Below are positions 1 to 11,057 of a DNA stretch of 53,425 nt, piece by piece. This DNA is from Rhizaria sp. SCN 62-66 (Eukaryota), in the NCBI GenBank assembly GCA_001724265.1, contig MEDY01000280.1, forward strand, positions 1-53,425, given 5' to 3'. The notes beneath the pieces are model-generated. The model saw only the letters and a list, made by a program, of their open reading frames with translations. It did no database searches and had not been told where the DNA came from. The translations under genes and the position numbers were made by a program. Numbering within the stretch: the first letter of the stretch is position 1; the number at the start of each line of letters is the position of its first letter.

Positions 1-463
1 GAGACCACGGATACCGTGGGTCTTGGGCTTACCGTAGACGATACCCTTGGAGTTGGGGCGCTTGGAGGAGCCGCGGCGAACACGGACACGGTAGATGACA
101 AAACCCTGCTTGGCCTTGTAGCCCATGCGGTGGGCCTTGTCGGGGCGAGAGGGCTTGGAGGCGCGGTGCACGGTGGCAAGCTGGCGGAACTCCCAGGTAC
201 GGATGCGCATGACGAAGCGCATCACGTCGGACTGCTTCTTGCGCCAAAGCTCGGTAAGATACTTGTAAGCACCTATAGTACACAAAACATATGAAATCCG
301 ACGCATAATACATTGACAGGGTAGGTTAGCAGAGGACAGAGGTGGGCGAGGGCAAGTGGTGGACCAGAGTCGAGTTGGAAGACTTTGCGGTCTTGATTGA
401 CGGCAAAAGAAAGTGCGTAAAAAGCTGACAATATTATCTACACAAAAAATAAGACGTACCCAT
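1..463 (-). CDS. RPL15: 60S ribosomal protein L15 (eL15), 3' end runs off the window
   Basis: Exon 1 = 463-460 (ATGG), intron 459-273 (GTACGT...CTATAG), exon 2 from 272. Spliced translation [33 protein letters not shown]...[26 protein letters not shown] is the eL15 N-terminus. This frame is absent from the ORF track. Confidence 0.97.
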
Positions 464-602
464 TATGTCAACACTACTAACTCGTGTTCACGATGTTCAA
501 GAGGTTCTCAAAGTTCACGCTTCGTCCTCTCTCGCCAGACCGCATACCGGGGCGGACTGAGGCTTAACTTCAGGCTCACAGTCACTTTGCAGGCAAACTT
601 GT

Positions 603-659
603 GACCGAGAACTGACCGAGCTTGACTGGCGACCGAAGCTGGACCGAGCGACCGACCGA
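603..659. promoter_or_regulatory. Cluster of six GACCGA hexamers in the divergent RPL15/cyclin intergenic region
   Basis: GACCGA at 603, 614, 631, 642, 650 and 654. A regulatory role is inferred only from its position between divergent genes. Confidence 0.35.
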
Positions 660-987
660 AGAGTGAGATTTGGTGTTGGACAGAGAACAGAGTTGTCCGA
701 GTTCAACCGCCTTCCTAGCACCCCACAACCCCTGATTAGTATAATAGAAGAATCAACCCAGGCCCTCTTACAGGTACGACTCTATTCTGTCGCCACATTC
801 CCGCGTACTGTTTCCTGCGTAACCTCTCTGCACAAAGCTCGGCCAGACGTCTTTCGTCTCGCGGGCGGATGCCTCGCCTGCCCGGCCTGCACCGTGTCTG
901 GAAATGCCAACCTGACTGACAGGTAGTTAACTCTCCTTTGTACCTTGTTTTACTACTTGTGGCTTCTCTAGCGTTCTTTCTGCACCC

Positions 988-2068
988 ATGAGCACGAAGA
1001 GTGAGGAGTGTTCCAACATCATCTCGGTGTTGGCATGCGTCCTTCAGCAGCTCTGCCTCCGCAACGACAGGGTACGTTGTATTTTCATGCCAGTGTTATA
1101 TTGCTATGCTCTTCATTTAGTTTAATTTATTGACTGCATTCTTTTGCGCATCTTCTGATGGGCTGAATGCATGCGTTTTGTCCACGCTTGTCGGCCGAGG
1201 TTTTCCTCCCCCTCCTGCACTATTCCCACTTCAGCTCCTCAGAAGGGGCGGAGAAAGCACCAGAGCTTGCATTTTCAGTCACTAATATCTATGCCATGTC
1301 CAACAATTCACTATATGCGCCGACACTCACGCCACATGTCCACTTTCCCTCGCTGTTTCTCTTTCGTCCGGCCATCCATCCGACCTCGTGTCAACTTCTT
1401 CGCCCTTCTCATGTGCTTGTTTCCGCCTCGCTACGCGCCCATTCCACCTGCTTTACTCTGACCACTCACCATCGCTTGTGTACCCCCTATAGATTCAGAC
1501 GACGAACCGGAACATCTCTAAGTTCCACGCCCTGCGTCCCCCGCAGATTTCCATCAAGGACTACCTTGCGCGTATCGCGCGCTACGCCCAGTGCTCCAAG
1601 GAGTGCTTCGTCCTCGCACTGGTGTACATCGACCGCATCATCCAGACCAACCCGTCGTTCATCGTCAACTCGCTCAACATCCACCGTCTCATCATCACCA
1701 GCGTGATGCTTGCGGCCAAGTTCTTCGATGACCAGTACTTCAACAACGACTACTACGGCAAGGTCGGCGGTGTTCCCTGCCACGAGATGAACTCCCTCGA
1801 AGTCGAGTTCCTCTTCATGAACAACTTCACACTGTTCGTCACGTCCGAGACTTACGATCAGTACTTCACAGAGCTATGCTCGCACGTCCAGTCCTCGGCC
1901 TGCGGCTGCACCTGCAAGGGCGACGCCGCGGCCGGCGCACCCGGGGGCGTGCCCGTCGGCGTCCCCGTCGCGGGCGTCGCGGGCACGGAGGCCGGCGGCG
2001 TCGCCGTCCACGGTCAGGCCATGACCGACGCGGCCCCCATCGCGCACCCCACCGGCTACGAGGCGTAA
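988..2068 (+). CDS. PHO80-like / cyclin-U (P-type) cyclin
   Basis: Exon 1 988-1071 (MSTKSEECSNIISVLACVLQQLCLRNDR), intron 1072-1492 (GTACGT...CTATAG), exon 2 1493-2068. Motifs FHALRPPQISIKDYLARI, CFVLALVYIDR, NIHRLIITSVMLAAKFFDD, YYGKVGGV, EMNSLEVEFL. Stop TAA. Confidence 0.95.
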
Positions 2069-3273
2069 ACAACAGTAAACACGCTTATTCACAACAAACG
2101 CAGAGCTTGCGTTTACCGCTCTTTTCCTAAGCTTCATTCTACGACCTGTTCTCGTCTTCGTTTTTGTTTTTGTTTTTTTTCGTCTGTATCGCTCCTGTGC
2201 CGCATCACCACCCACGCACACCACTGCTGCTTGTTGTCTCTCTGTTTGCGGCTGCTTCTCAACAATCAACAATCACACTCACACTCCCGCATCCGCGCTT
2301 TCTATCATCACTCAGGCGTGCATGCACAGAGCGACTCTCAGCCGCGTATGGTTGCATCAGCAAGCACACATACTGCTTGCTCATGATGCCTCGCGCCACT
2401 GGGCTGTTGTCGTGTATCACTGAAACGCTCCACTGTATACATGCCATGGTTCTCTGCTGCGCAATCTAGCAGAGGCGAGCCTGCGAAGCTGTGATCGAAT
2501 TGAACACTCTTATACGCACTGCTAGACTCGCCACACAGGGCAATACTGTACTGGCAGCGAGCCAGCGTGCAACGTTGCTCTGTGTGATGTGGTATGATGC
2601 GTTTGTCTTGAGGGATGCAATTTCGCAGTGAAGTGAGAGGATATGATCTACTCATTTGATATGATACGGATACGATATGATATGATAACAACGCGCGCCG
2701 CGGCCACGGGCCCCGGCGCCTTCCCTGATACCTGGTTTGTGTCCCTGCTGGTGTCGTTGCATCAGTAAGGGCACGTTTTAGTATTTTCCTTCTTTCCCTT
2801 TGTTCTTTTTTTAGTTTTTCTTTGTTTTACACTTTTCGTTTTGCCGTTGTGTCTGATATTGACCAAACAACTTATAATAACAAGTCTCTTTTAACTAATC
2901 ATGTTGTCTGAATAGAGAACTCCTTAATCCACCTGTGTTTACATCGTCTAACATGCGCCCACCACAAACGCGGTTGACAAGTCGTCTACGATCTGACCCT
3001 CACACCAACCTTGCGTTTTCAAACTTTGCTCACATAGCTGTTTCATGTCGAAATTTCCACACATAGCTACTGTTCCAAGATTATAAATTTGGTATAAATT
3101 CCGCATATCTATTAAAATCGTGTATACGTGTGATATGTCGAGCTACATCTTTCTTTTAGTATCTCTCTTTGAACATAGATCTGACCCAACTTGTCCCTCT
3201 TTGACTTTCTCACATTGTCTCCGCTAATCTCCACATGTAACGCATGCCTTATTGCCCACATAGCTTTCGCGCT

Positions 3274-4539
3274 ATGATTGCACTCCGGCGCACGTTGATA
3301 TTTGCAGCAGCCACGCTTTGCGTGCTGCACAGTTCTTTTAGCGGCGGGGCAGGTCTCACCCTCGTATCTGCTGCTGCTCCCTCGGGGACTGACTACAGCT
3401 CGCTGGGTCTGCCTGAGGCTATCACAGTCACCGCTGCCAGCGACGCTACCATGCCTGGCGCCGGCCGCGGCCGCGCGGGCACGCCCTTGCAGAACTTCCT
3501 GCCCGTCAGCAACGCCCCAAACAGCAACAATAACAACAACAACGCTGGCTCTTCATCTTCATCCTCGTCGGCGCGCACGTGCCCTGCGACCGTCCCCGGC
3601 GGCCTCGACTGCACGGTCTACTCCTCGCTTGTCTCCGCCGCCGCGGCCGCCGCTGTCTCGGCCACCCAGCGCGCATCGTCTGCCGGCCGCGAGTCCCTCG
3701 TCGTCCGCGGCTCTGGCTCTGCGTCGGCGGCCGTCACGCGCGCTCAGTTCACGGTCACCGTCGAGGTGAGCTCGCAGGACGTCTTCGCGGGCGCGCTGCA
3801 GGACATCACCACTCCTGTGTCCGGTCCCTACGGTGATGTGGAGCGGTGGTCTCGCGCCGCGGCGGAGCAGGCGATGGATCCTGCCCGCAAGAAGGAAGTG
3901 CTCTTCTGCGCGTCGTGCACCAACCGCGAGGCGGGCCGCCGCGTAACTTCCGTGCTCAACTACCTCGCCGCGCGCAACGCCAGCTACGTCGCCGAGCAGC
4001 TTGCGCAGCGCCGGCCCGCTGACGGTGCGATCGCCCCCCCGCGGACGACGTCGATGTCCCTGTCGCCGGAGTATGAGTACCGGGACAGCCGCCGCGAGCT
4101 GGCGGGGTACCGCGGCCGCACCACCGTCTCCGTCGACGTCCCCGTTGCGCTGGCCGCAGAAGTGCTTGATGGCGTGCTGGCCTCGGGCGCGACGTCCATG
4201 AGCGACGTCAAGCTGGCCGCCACACCGGCTGCGGTCGTCGCCGCGCAGCTCGAGGCGGACCGCGCCGCGGCACTCGCCGCCGTCGACCGCGCGCAGAACG
4301 TGCTCTCAGCGCTGCACGTGACGGGCACGTTCCCGCTCACGCGTGTGTCGATCCTCGGCGCGGGTGCCGCGGCGCAGGCGGGTGCGGGCGTCGAGAGCAG
4401 CGGCGGCGGATTGATGCGCGCCGCGTCGTTCGCGGCTGACTCGGGCAACATAGGCGCGACCGTGGGCGACGACGTTGTGGTCTACGGCAGCGTGGAGATC
4501 GCGGTGTCGTTCACTGATAACAACGCGGTTAACGTCTGA
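3274..4539 (+). CDS. SIMPL (DUF541) domain protein with N-terminal signal peptide
   Basis: Single ORF with a hydrophobic N-terminus from ATG 3274 (alternative ATG 3244). Pattern LVVRGSGSA...A.FTVTVEV, TTSMSLSPEYEY...LAGYRGRTTVSV, AAEVLDGVLASGATSMSDV, AAVDRAQNVLSAL and terminal VVVYGSVEIAVSF fits SIMPL/YggE/Bp26. Stop TGA. Confidence 0.8.
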   Translation: MIALRRTLIFAAATLCVLHSSFSGGAGLTLVSAAAPSGTDYSSLGLPEAITVTAASDATMPGAGRGRAGTPLQNFLPVSNAPNSNNNNNNAGSSSSSSSARTCPATVPGGLDCTVYSSLVSAAAAAAVSATQRASSAGRESLVVRGSGSASAAVTRAQFTVTVEVSSQDVFAGALQDITTPVSGPYGDVERWSRAAAEQAMDPARKKEVLFCASCTNREAGRRVTSVLNYLAARNASYVAEQLAQRRPADGAIAPPRTTSMSLSPEYEYRDSRRELAGYRGRTTVSVDVPVALAAEVLDGVLASGATSMSDVKLAATPAAVVAAQLEADRAAALAAVDRAQNVLSALHVTGTFPLTRVSILGAGAAAQAGAGVESSGGGLMRAASFAADSGNIGATVGDDVVVYGSVEIAVSFTDNNAVNV

Positions 4540-5667
4540 GTTGCCTGCGAGCCCTTTGTTCGAGTAACTGAGTCAATGTATAAAGCTCAGCATTGCATAG
4601 GCTTTTTAGTGCGACACTTTGCCGTGGCTGATGCAGCTGTCGAGGCAGAGACGCACTAGAAACACAGTATTCCAATGATTCTATTCGGAATAATGACAAT
4701 ACCTGACGTCTCTGCGATAAAAGTAACGAATTAGCGCGAACTAACGAATCAGCTCGATATCGCGAGCGCTCAAGTAGCAAGGGCCGTGTGGCGTGAAGCT
4801 GCGCGCCCCCGCTTTGACGCGGGATACCGCGCGCACACTGCACTTTGGCGAGAAAACAGGTCTTTGCAATACAAAAAACACGTAAAAAAACATATCTTCA
4901 AGTTGTACCAATAAAATATAGCCATTTGTTCCAGATTTTGTTCTTATTAAGAGTGCCGAACGAGACGACGCGCCGAGGCGCGAGGCTGCCGAGCTCGAGC
5001 GGCAGCGTCCGCGCCAGAGCGGGGACCGTGGGGAGGCTCGAGGAGCATTTTAAATTGGGCGATCTGTGGGGCAACGCTGGGACGGCAGGACAAACCAGGA
5101 ACCACGCAGACATGTTTTTAACACGATTATTTGCTTGGTGTTTAATCTATGCCAGCCCTTCCATGAGATTTGGGCTTCTGACACACGAGATAATTTCGCT
5201 CTCACGACCAGTCATAGTCGCTCTGTGGCAACGCCTTTTGGATCCTATTTGCTGAGTCCGATATGGTCCGCCCGACTTGCATGCGACAACTACGCCGTTT
5301 TTGTGTGCGTTAAATACCCAATCGGTGTAATCGGATCCCACCCTCTGCTGATCTGCGCCTGTCTGAGGCGTGATGGGGCGCCTTGAAACGGGCCTTTCGC
5401 TGCGCTGTCCGTTCCGCAAGAGCGTGCCTGTCCGCACTGCGTCCAAATTTCTTCGGGACAACTATTTTCTCTTCTACGACCACTCTCAACGTACACTTCT
5501 ATCTTATCCTTGTTTTTCCGCTTGTCAATCCTCTCGCCTCGCGCCACAACTGCTCCGCGCCTCCCCCTTCTTCGTCTCCGTCCGACTCGACTGCTTCTTT
5601 ACTTTTCTCTCTCCCCTGCCCGCGCCGCGCGCCCCACCCAAACAGTCCTTCGCTTTCCCCGCCCCCG

Positions 5668-7942
5668 ATGGACGACCCTAGCGGCGGCTCCCGCCTGCGC
5701 GGTGGAGGCAGCCCCGCGGGGGACCTCGTCTCCAGGACCGCTGCCCTCTCCCTTGGGCCCATGCCCCCGCCGTCGACTGCGTCGCCGGACTCGGTCTCCC
5801 CGCCGCCCATGCCCGCCTCGGCGTCGCCCTCGCTGCCCTCGGTTTCCACCTCCGGCTCCACGTCCGTGCCGGGCCCCAGCTCGGGCTCCTCCGGCGGCGA
5901 CGCAGACCGGCAGCGGCCTGTGTGCCACGGCTGCAAGCAAGTGATCACGACGACGCAGTTCATCCGCGTCTCGGGCTTCTGCTTCCACAAAGAACACTTC
6001 GCCTGCTCCGTCTGCAACAAGCTGCTCATGGACCAGCGCCCGCGCCAGCGCGACGGGCTCTTCTACTGCCCCGAGGACTACTCCCAGCGGTTCTGCCAGA
6101 CGTGCCGCGCCTGCGGCGAGAAGATCGTCGAAGGATCCATCATCCGCGCGCTCGGCGGGTATTACCATCAGCACCACTTCGTGTGCGTTGTGTGCCGCGA
6201 GCCGTTTAAGGAGGGCAAGTACTACGAGGCTGACGGTATGCCCTACTGCGTGGACCACTTCGCGGCGCAACAGGAGATCTGCGCCAAGTGCGCGCGGCCC
6301 ATCTCCGACGATGATTTCGTCACGCTGAAAGATAAGCCGTACCATGTCTCCTGCTTGCACTGCCACCACTGCCGCGTCCCGCTCGCCGGCAAGGCGTCGA
6401 TCTTCCAGAAGGACTCACACGTGTACTGCCGCGCTGATTTTCTCAACTTCTTCTGCAAGATCTGCACCGCGTGTGGTGAACATATCGTCAAACAGGTGCT
6501 CTCCGTCAACAACGAGTTTTACCACCCCGACTGCCTCAAGTGCGCCGTCTGCGACGTCAAGCTGAACCAGTACATCTCCGCGGGCGGGTACCTGCGGTGC
6601 GCGGAGCACACATCCACTCCGCTGCCGCAGCCCACGTGTTCTGTGTGTGCCCACCCCATCGCCGGCGAAGTCGTCATGTCTGCCGGCGCCAAGTGCCACC
6701 CAGACTGCTTCCGCTGCTTCACTTGCAACGCCCCGCTCGACAAGGCCAAGACGAAGCTGCGCGACGGCCGTTTATGCTGCACCGCGTGCCTCAACGCGGC
6801 TGCTGGCGGGCCGGGGGGATCGCCGCGCCTCGGCACGGGCTCCAGCGTCACTTCTTCTTCGTCGTCCTCGGGCGCGAACGGTGAGTCGAGGTCGCCGGGC
6901 CGTGGGACGCCGCGTGAGGACGGGCAGTTGCAGTCGCAGTTCTACCAGTCCCAGTCCCAGTCGCAGGCGCAGGCAAGTGACGTCCGCGCCGGTGTTGCCA
7001 ACAACAACGTGAACAACAACAATACCAACACACAGCAGTCGCAGTGGGGCGGTACGGCGTCCACGGCGGCCCACGGCGGGTTTAACTCGACTGCCAACAC
7101 CAACGCCCCCGGCGTGGGCGGCTCTATGCCCCCCAACGTTGGGTACAACAACAACGGTAACAACAACCAACAGCAGACGCAGCAGTCGCAGCCAGGTGGT
7201 GGGAGAGACGCGGTGCGCAACGCGCCCACTCGCGCCGCACCCAGCCACACGGTGCCCGCGCGCGACGCCCCCACTCTGTCCCCGCCCGCGCCCGCGGCGG
7301 CCGCGTCAACATCATCTTCGGCTGCGGCGTCGGCCGGAAACAGCAACAGCAACGCGCCGAGCAGCGCGCGGCGGCCCTTCCAGACCGTGGACGTATTTTC
7401 CGACTCGAACGACGGGCGGTGCGACATCGAGTGGAAGCGGGGCGAGATGGTCGGCAAGGGCTCGTTCGGCAAGGTCTACATGGGCATGAACACTAAAAAC
7501 GGCGAACTCATCGCGGTCAAGCAGGTGCAGTTGAACAGCGCCGAGGACGTCGAGGCAGCGCAGCAGATTCAGACCGAGATCACGCTGATGGAGAATCTGC
7601 GCCACCCCAACATCGTCACTCTGCTCGGCACGCAGCGCTCGGGCCAGAAGCTCAACATCCTCATGGAGTACGTGCCTGGCAAGTCGCTCGACGTGCTCTT
7701 AGAGAAGTTCGGCACGCTGACCGAGAAGGTGATCCAGCTCTACGCGCGGCAACTGCTCGACGCGCTCGCGTACTGCCACGAGCACGGCGTTGTGCACCGC
7801 GATATCAAGGGCAAGAACGTGCTGGTGGACACCAACGGCAACCTCAAGCTCGCTGATTTCGGCTCCGCCAAGCAGTTCCAGGTACGCTTTTTGAGCGATT
7901 TGATTTTGATTTGTTTATCAATTGATGCCTTGTTTCAGTTCT

Positions 7943-8006
<64 letters not shown>

Positions 8007-8426
8007 GTTTTATGTCCGTTTCTCAACTTATCATTACATTCACTCACTCTAATTCTAAAAATATATTTTTTCGATCTTCCACAGGACGTGATGCGCAAGG
8101 ACGCGCCTTCGCTGGGCTACAACTACACACCCTTGTGGACGGCGCCCGAAGTTCTCGTGGGCGACTACAACTCCAAGGTTGACATCTGGTCCCTGGGCTG
8201 CGTGGTGATCGAAATGGCCACCGGCAAGCCTCCGTGGGCAGAGCAAAACTTCGAGCACCCGTTCCGCGCTCTCTATCACATCGCGAACGAGAACTCGATC
8301 CCGCGCATCCCCGAGAGGCTGTCGCCGGAAGGACAGGACTTTCTTAGGCAGTGTCTGCGGCGCAACCCTGACGAGCGCCCCTCGGCCGCGGACCTGCTCA
8401 AGCACCCCTGGCTCGCAAAGGACTGA
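5668..8426 (+). CDS. Ser/Thr kinase (STE11/MAP3K-like) with five N-terminal LIM domains
   Basis: Exon 1 5668-7881, intron 7882-8084 (GTACGC...CCACAG), exon 2 8085-8426, joining ORFs 5383..8004 and 8088..8426 in frame. Five CxxC..HxxH/C..CxxC..CxxD/H/C units at 5923-6789. Kinase motifs WKRGEMVGKGSFGKVY, IAVKQV, MEYVPG, HRDIKGKN, DFG, WTAPE, DIWSLGCVVIEMATGKPPW. Start ATG is inferred. Stop TGA. Confidence 0.93.
7944..8002. repeat. 59-nt poly(T) homopolymer inside the kinase intron
   Basis: Uninterrupted T run read directly. Exact length may be unreliable in the assembly. Confidence 0.95.
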
Positions 8427-11057
8427 GCGAGCGCACAGTGCAAACTGCGATGCTATATGCTCAAGCACTTGGCTCGCCAAGGACTGCGTGCAAAAGCAAA
8501 AGAATGATGAGCATGTAACGGCTCTTAGTCTTAGTGTGAGTTTGAGTTTGAGTTGGATTTTTGAGTGGGAGTCTCAAGTTGAGCGCCAAAAAGAGAATTG
8601 CTGCCGCGAATGACAGTCTAATAGCACGACATTATCGAATGTGCACCGCATTTCTGCACCGCATTAAATCAGTGTAAAGAACGAAGAACTGAGTTACTGC
8701 AGTGTACACCGTTAGTGCCACGGAACGAATCACATTGCATTATTATCTCGTCGTGCATTCTATGGACGTACTGTGATGTGTCTTACAGCGCCGATTTTGC
8801 TTGTGTGTGTGCATGTGTAGAGTCATTGTTGAGTCCACACGCGCTAGGCTGTGCTTTCATTTGCCGTGCTTGAGCTGTTTGTTTGTCTCGATTTTCCGTC
8901 AGCTTTGATCTCTTCGTTTCTGTGTGTTGTGTTTAAAAATTATCGCTTCTGCTGAAACTGAAACACTGTAGATGTCGTCGTTCTAGCCCTTCCCACTCTC
9001 TTCTTGAATTTACCACTTTTGCTCTTGCTTGAACTCTCGTCTCACGTTGTTGCGTTGTCTGCGAAGTATCTTACAGCTATTACGCTACAAGAGCCCGGCC
9101 AATCCCCATGTAAGTCTACATGACTCCCCCAAATGTATGTATACCCATTCCTCCCCCTCTCTCTCTCTTGCAACCGTTTTTCTTTCCCTCTATCTTGTGA
9201 GTGCGACGACAGACACAACGAACACTTTGCAGTGCAACGCACCCGTGTTGTGCCATGCATGCGTGCACATATATGCATGTGCGACGTAATGGGTACGCTT
9301 GTGCGTTCGTCCTGGTGCTGAGATTAGGGAAAGGAAAGCAAGCAAGTGCGCCGCTCACGGGCCAATATCCCTTTGTCTGAGTGTGTGAGCGTTGCGTTGC
9401 GTTGATCAAGATGAAGATGAATTATAACAATGAACCTCGACATAATACTGCATTTTTTTCTTTTTGCTTTTGTATTAATGTGTGTGCGAGTGATCTAGGT
9501 GTGCGGTGATGCGATTTCGTGTGATTCGTCTTTTGCTGTCGCCTGTGTTTTTGCTTCTGTATTAAAAAATAATGTTGACGTTTGCTCATCATTCATTTCT
9601 TTGTTTCTTTTGTTCGAGCCTCGGCTTTTCATTTGTGTTTGCTTTCGTTTGTACCCCCCGATTTGTTTGCATATCCCATTAAACCATCTCTTCCTTAGCT
9701 CTGCTGTCCCAAGAACAATTACATCTCGAAGCCATAACAGGCCAGATTACTGTCACAAGCAAGCAGCAGGATCATACGCCCAACTGCGCTGTGATTTACG
9801 CTGCACCGTCGCTGTCACATCCACTGTCGCGGTCGGTGCCGCCGTCGCACGTGCTACTGCTGTTGTTGCTGCTGCTGCGGCTGCTGATCCTGCCGCAGCT
9901 GTTGCTGCTTGCTGCTCTCATTGTGTATCAGTCGTTGTTATTTCTGGCGTGTTTGTGTTTTATTTCTTTGTGTCACGGCTGCAGAGCTCCAGCTCGCTCT
10001 TTTGCTAGCCTCCCCCATTCTCTCTCTATCTTTGCGTTCTACCAAGCCTCTTCTGAGCGTCCGTTCGTCGTCTCCGGCGCCCCCGCGCGCTGCTCCGCTG
10101 CACAGTTGGCCTGTTTCACTGCGCCCGCGCCCTCTCCCAGATTCGGGGGCGTGGCGGGCAACGATTACGGGCCGGCACGAGCTGTGTCACACGCCACTCG
10201 TGGTGTGCAATCACACTTGTAAAGTGCAGCGAGGCGAGCGGTCAGCAGTTTAGTTGTCCCCCCTAGACGCGCCGACACGGCGATTATTATTACAAGTTGC
10301 ACTTCTAGCATAATAAATATCCTTGAAAATACCCGTTGTATCTTCTTTTGCGAATGAAAAGTGCCCATATCAAGATGGAATCGAGGCCCACCACACACGC
10401 TCCAGAGGGCGACTTAACTTTGGTCGCTTGCTGGAGAGCGAGTCAAACTATGGCACTGTGTGAACCTACTGAGGCTGGTGAGATCAAGGCCGTCCAGAGC
10501 TTCCCAACACCGTGTACACGGGGTATTATCTATTTCCTGATTTTTTGGCATCATTAGGTATCTTGTGTTTTAATCTTTAGTTGCCAGAAACTCGTGCTGG
10601 TAGCGTAGTGGCGGTGCTGGGGGAGGCCACCTCTCACCGACTATTCTAGAATGCGGACCAAACTCCAGAGAACGTCCGCGCCCGGCTGGGAGTGCTGAGA
10701 GGAATCTTAGCTCTGCCTCAAAATCCATAGGGCGCTTGCGTATTCTAATAATGCACTCTAAATATACGAAGCTTTCCTTTTTGTGCTCTAAACGCTACGC
10801 GTGTCGAGTGACATCGAGCGCGTTTTGTTTAGCGATTCGCTGACAAGCATCTTGTACTGCATCGCGCCGCGTCCCTATCGCTTTTGTTCCACTCTTGCAC
10901 AACTATGTTACGACATCACCCATCTTTGTATTAATATCTTACTCCCTGACTCTATTCCTGCATTCTTTTCTCCCGACCTGTTGCTTTTCGCACTCAATGA
11001 CGCCATCACTCCCACCGTCCACCTGAACAACTCTTGATTAGTTTACACACAGCAACC

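Noticed and set aside
16-313. Track ORFs 16..294(+) and 29..313(-)
   Set aside because: Antisense and wrong-frame shadows of the spliced RPL15.
2640-2690. GATAT-type repeats (also TTTGAG repeats near 8535-8570)
   Set aside because: Short degenerate microsatellites with no repeat-spacer structure. Neither CRISPR nor telomeric.
7922-8098. Poly-Phe and poly-Lys ORF segments
   Set aside because: Translation of the intronic poly(T). The kinase splices around it.
8504-8692. Box C (ATGATGA) and box D (CTGA) suggesting a C/D snoRNA
   Set aside because: Spacing is long, with no terminal stem or recognisable rRNA guide.
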